Shown here: positions 60,673 to 64,000 of the stretch, one piece after another
Numbering within the stretch: the stretch's first letter is position 1
Layout of the letters: every line of letters starts with the position of its first letter
Assembly: GCA_030141605.1 (NCBI GenBank)
Contig: JAQGDQ010000347.1
Coordinates: 188,130 to 252,129 of the forward strand
DNA: 64,000 bases
DNA from: Tubiluchus corallicola
Lineage: Eukaryota; Animalia; Priapulida
Direction of reading: 5' to 3'
Position numbers and translations under genes: made by a program
The notes under the pieces: model-generated
What the model was told of the DNA's origin: nothing
The model's input: the letters and a program-made list of their open reading frames with translations, nothing else
Database searches by the model: none

Positions 60673-61956
60673 TCAATGGGAAATACCTTCTAGTTTTTCC
60701 GGGTTGTAGTCCACAATTTTACTCACCTTTTTGCCCGTTTTTACTAAGGTAAAGCCGTCATAATATTTTCCTTCTCGTGTATAAGCGTTGAAGTTTAAAG
60801 AATCAGCAGATATGTTTATTACCTGGTACATTTGTGTATCAAAAGCCACTCTGTCCATCTTATTGTTCAGGCGAACACTATATGATTTAGGAGAACCATG
60901 TGTAACAACATAAACCGGCCCCTGCTCCCCCTTATAAGTTGCATTTTTGATGTAAGCTGCTCTCCCATAAGCATGATCATGTCCTTGCAAAACCAAATCT
61001 ACACGATACTTCTCAAATATAGGTTTAAAAAAGAGGCGCATAAATAGGTTGTTACGTCCTGGAGAGGTTGAGTATATCGGGTGATGCATCAATACAATAT
61101 TCCACTGCTGCCTACTCTCTGTCATTACCTTTTTCAACCACTTCATCTGTCTACGATAAGAAAAGAGTCCCTGTAGTCCTCCGCTATCAATACTAATAAT
61201 ACGTGTATTCATGTAGTCCCAGTAGCACACACTTCCTTTAAAGTTTTTAGGCCCATTATTGGGGAAAGGAAAATGTGCTGTCCAGCGGGAAGCAATGGTT
61301 TTTACAACAGCTTTTCGATACTCATGGTTGCCTGGTGTAGCAATTACGGGAACAGTGGCAAAAATATCTTCTCCCGAGTCAAACCATTGCTTCCAGTAAC
61401 GATCCAGTGGGCGCTCGATAAGATCACCTCCAAAAGCCCAAAAATCTGCTTCTGGAATACTCCTATACGCTTTGTCAAACAGGCCAGATGAGACACCCCC
61501 TACAGTGTCCTGAATATCTCCAAAATAAACAAATGAAAAACACTTTCTATCCTGTTTGGGTATAACTGAATGGTACCATTTAGACCAGCAGTGATCTCTT
61601 CCAACTCTGTACTGAAGAGGGGTCCCCGGCTTAAGTCCACTCATTATTGCTCTAAAGTAAGCCGCAGAGCCACCATCAGTGGTAACTTCAATTCTCCCTG
61701 CATGCGATGTTATAGTATCACCACCGTTGGCATTTACATATTGTACAAAAGCATATTTCCACGTGGTGTCACACTGCCAAGTAACTACTCTGGTAGAGGG
61801 GGAAGGGTCTACAAGGCTAAGTAGAACACGTCCCGGCTCTGACGATGGCCGGTATGAAAGCTCGGGAGGGTTATAAAACCAACTGTCCCACTGTATTGCA
61901 ACAAAACCAGCGACCAAAATAATAAAGCTCAGCAGGTATATCCACTTTTTTTTCAT
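60673..61956 (-). CDS. Purple-acid-phosphatase-like metallophosphoesterase with N-terminal FN3-like domain
   Basis: GDIQ, GDL, GNHE, HHP, GHDH; N-terminal anchor and GLKPGTPLQYRVG domain. Confidence 0.88.
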   Translation of the reverse strand: MKKKWIYLLSFIILVAGFVAIQWDSWFYNPPELSYRPSSEPGRVLLSLVDPSPSTRVVTWQCDTTWKYAFVQYVNANGGDTITSHAGRIEVTTDGGSAAYFRAIMSGLKPGTPLQYRVGRDHCWSKWYHSVIPKQDRKCFSFVYFGDIQDTVGGVSSGLFDKAYRSIPEADFWAFGGDLIERPLDRYWKQWFDSGEDIFATVPVIATPGNHEYRKAVVKTIASRWTAHFPFPNNGPKNFKGSVCYWDYMNTRIISIDSGGLQGLFSYRRQMKWLKKVMTESRQQWNIVLMHHPIYSTSPGRNNLFMRLFFKPIFEKYRVDLVLQGHDHAYGRAAYIKNATYKGEQGPVYVVTHGSPKSYSVRLNNKMDRVAFDTQMYQVINISADSLNFNAYTREGKYYDGFTLVKTGKKVSKIVDYNPEKLEGISH

Positions 61957-62185
61957 TGCCTCCCATTAATAAAAATCTTCATATGCATCAGTAAGCTGCA
62001 ATTTTTTATCAAATTTCTCCTCAATCTGAACCAAAATAATCTTTCACTTTACAAAGATCTCAGATTGCATGTTAATTGGCAGCATACACCTTTATCTATC
62101 TAAGAATCCTATTGCAAATATCTACAACCTACATTTTTCCTCTCTAGGAAAAAGCCGGATGGATATGGGTAGCTTAATACATATT

Positions 62186-62830
62186 TCAGGCCGTGCTGTT
62201 CCTCCTTGTTCGATAAAGATTATAAAGGTGATCAAGAGAGCGTCGATAGAATATCAGAATTACAAAAACACCAACAGAAATTGCGGAGTCGGCAATGTTA
62301 AAAACAGGCCTGAAAAAGATAAATGAATCACCACCCACATAGGGTATCCAGCTAGGGTAGTACCCCTTTATAAGAGGGAAATAGAACATATCCACTACCC
62401 GTCCTTTCAAAAACGCTCCATATCCACCACCTTCAGGAAACAGAGTTGCTACCTGCGTGGAGCTATCACTGAAAATAAGTCCGTAGAATGCACTATCTAT
62501 TATATTTCCAACTGCCCCCGCAAGAATCAGGGATATTGATAATATAAGTCCAAGTGGCACATCGCCCCTTTTACAAAATCTAATAAGATAATAAGATATT
62601 ACAATAACCGCAGCAACACGAAAAATACTTAAAAAATATTTTCCATAATCACCTGCAAACTCATAGCCAAATGCCATGCCATTATTCTCAACAAAATGGA
62701 TTATGAACCAATTTCCCCAAACAGGTATCTCTTCACCCAATACCATATTGGTTTTCACCCAATATTTAAGAGCCTGATCAGCAATAACTATAAACAGTAT
62801 GACTAAAACAGAACTTAAACTTTTACGCAT
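62186..62830 (-). CDS. lspA: Lipoprotein signal peptidase II
   Basis: DQALK, ENNGMAFG, GAVGNIID, VVDM, FNIADS. ATG at 62830 preferred. Confidence 0.93.
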   Translation of the reverse strand: MRKSLSSVLVILFIVIADQALKYWVKTNMVLGEEIPVWGNWFIIHFVENNGMAFGYEFAGDYGKYFLSIFRVAAVIVISYYLIRFCKRGDVPLGLILSISLILAGAVGNIIDSAFYGLIFSDSSTQVATLFPEGGGYGAFLKGRVVDMFYFPLIKGYYPSWIPYVGGDSFIFFRPVFNIADSAISVGVFVILIFYRRSLDHLYNLYRTRRNSTA

Positions 62831-62933
62831 ATATAAATCTTTTCCCGGGATTCTATAACTCACAAAAACTTAACAAGCGACGTAACTCTAATCATTTAGT
62901 CGACAATACTATGTTTATGAAAAATGACAAACA

Positions 62934-63311
62934 CTATCTTTGCCTATTCTTAGCATCAATACTAAGAGTTGCATGTGGAACAGCCCGCAAACGCTCTTTT
63001 GAGATAAGCTTACCCGTCTCGCGACAAACCCCATAAGTTTTATTCTCTATTCGTACTAAAGCCGCTTCAAGGTGCTGGATAAATTTGAGCTGTCGTTGCG
63101 CCAGTTTTCCTGCCTCCTCTTTTGAAAGGGTTGATGCTCCCTCTTCCAAAACCTTGAATGTAGGAGAGGTATCCTGCGTGTCATTACCATCACCATGAGT
63201 AATGGCATTATGGTACAACTCATAATCCTTTCTGGCTTTGTCCAGCTTTGCATTAATAATATTTTTAAATTCATCCAGTTCCTGATCGCTATATTTATTT
63301 TTATCTGTCAT
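62934..63311 (-). CDS. TraR/DksA family transcriptional regulator
   Basis: Coiled coil with DTQDTS tip; AALVRIENKTYGVCRETGKLISKERLRAVPHATL; located between ileS and lspA. Confidence 0.88.
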   Translation of the reverse strand: MTDKNKYSDQELDEFKNIINAKLDKARKDYELYHNAITHGDGNDTQDTSPTFKVLEEGASTLSKEEAGKLAQRQLKFIQHLEAALVRIENKTYGVCRETGKLISKERLRAVPHATLSIDAKNRQR

Positions 63312-63356
63312 GAGTAGTTTACTTTATTTATTTCCATGCGCCACAATATACGCATA

Positions 63357-64000
63357 TTAGTTTAATACTCTCTCCACCTGTATGTAAGTTTTAACTCCCC
63401 TCTCAATTTCAACAAGCTTTGCATTTTCTTCTGATAATCCATTTATCAGAACTACGCTTGACGCAAGGGTTTGTGCTCCTATGTAATCACTATGTTTTTT
63501 CACAGCCTCATTTATGGCAGCATGCCTTTCTATGCGCAGAGTAATTTTATCTGTTACATCAAAGTCGTTCTCCTTCCTCAAGTTCTGAATCCTATTTATA
63601 AACTCACGAGCAATTCCCTCTTGCTTAAGCTCCTCTGTAATATTTACATCAAGGGCAACTGTCAGCATTCCATCGTTTGCAACCATCCATCCAGGAATAT
63701 CCTCCGATACTATATTAACATCTTCCAGCAATAGTTTCACCTTTTCTCCATCTATATCTATTTCAAAGCTTTGTTTGCTCTCAAACTCACAAATATCATC
63801 TTGTGACATCTGCCCTATAGCCATTGCAATACCCTTCATTATTTTACCATGCTTGGGGCCTAAAGCTTTAAAATTGGGTTTGATCTTTTTCTTAACTATG
63901 CCAGAGGTGTCAGAGATATACTCCACCTCCTTAATATTTACCTCAGCCATAATAATGTCTTTTACAGCATCAAGCTGCTTTTTATAGTGAGGATCTGATA
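63357..64000 (-). CDS. ileS: Isoleucine--tRNA ligase, C-terminal part (5' end outside the window)
   Basis: EVNIKE, KPNFKALGPK, VALD...EGIAREFINRIQNLRK...DKI, typical of type-2 IleRS C-termini. Confidence 0.93.
   Translation of the reverse strand, partial: SDPHYKKQLDAVKDIIMAEVNIKEVEYISDTSGIVKKKIKPNFKALGPKHGKIMKGIAMAIGQMSQDDICEFESKQSFEIDIDGEKVKLLLEDVNIVSEDIPGWMVANDGMLTVALDVNITEELKQEGIAREFINRIQNLRKENDFDVTDKITLRIERHAAINEAVKKHSDYIGAQTLASSVVLINGLSEENAKLVEIERGVKTYIQVERVLN

Noticed and set aside
1-64000. CRISPR arrays, rRNA, prophage or anti-phage defence genes
   Set aside because: No regularly spaced repeats, rRNA-like sequence, or phage or defence motifs were recognised by eye.

Overview
Bacteroidota chromosome segment (Bacteroidales/Marinilabiliales-like, judged from SusC/SusD, T9SS cargo, porE and TAnnTTTG promoters) in two parts. 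Left, 1-~26.2 kb: a probable genomic island at the 3' end of tRNA-Arg(CCG), with all its metabolic genes on the minus strand. It carries an alpha-mannoside utilisation locus (SusC, SusD, DUF3823-like lipoprotein, two GH92, two GH71/99-like proteins, a membrane-anchored SARP/OmpR-type regulator), a LacI-ROK kinase-manA module, a sulfatase, a phosphoesterase and an IS-truncated T9SS sulfatase. It ends in a decayed IS3-family element nested against a second IS end, then a tyrosine-recombinase remnant. Right, ~26.3-64 kb: mostly core genes (tilS, proS, dxs, hppA, pyrF, prfA, purM, porE, rsmG, priA, lspA, dksA-like, ileS). Accessory items there are a T9SS serine protease, a PqaA-family plus ceramidase-like pair, a Tat-signal TldD/TldE pair, and an IS4 element with a 9-bp target duplication between a candidate promoter and tldD. 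The most notable unannotated signal is a 57-bp architecture shared by the upstream regions of susC and the second GH92 (11-bp-phased TTAA repeats at a fixed distance from a degenerate -7 box), a candidate operator for the SARP-type regulator. All calls are from manual motif reading; no database searches were run.
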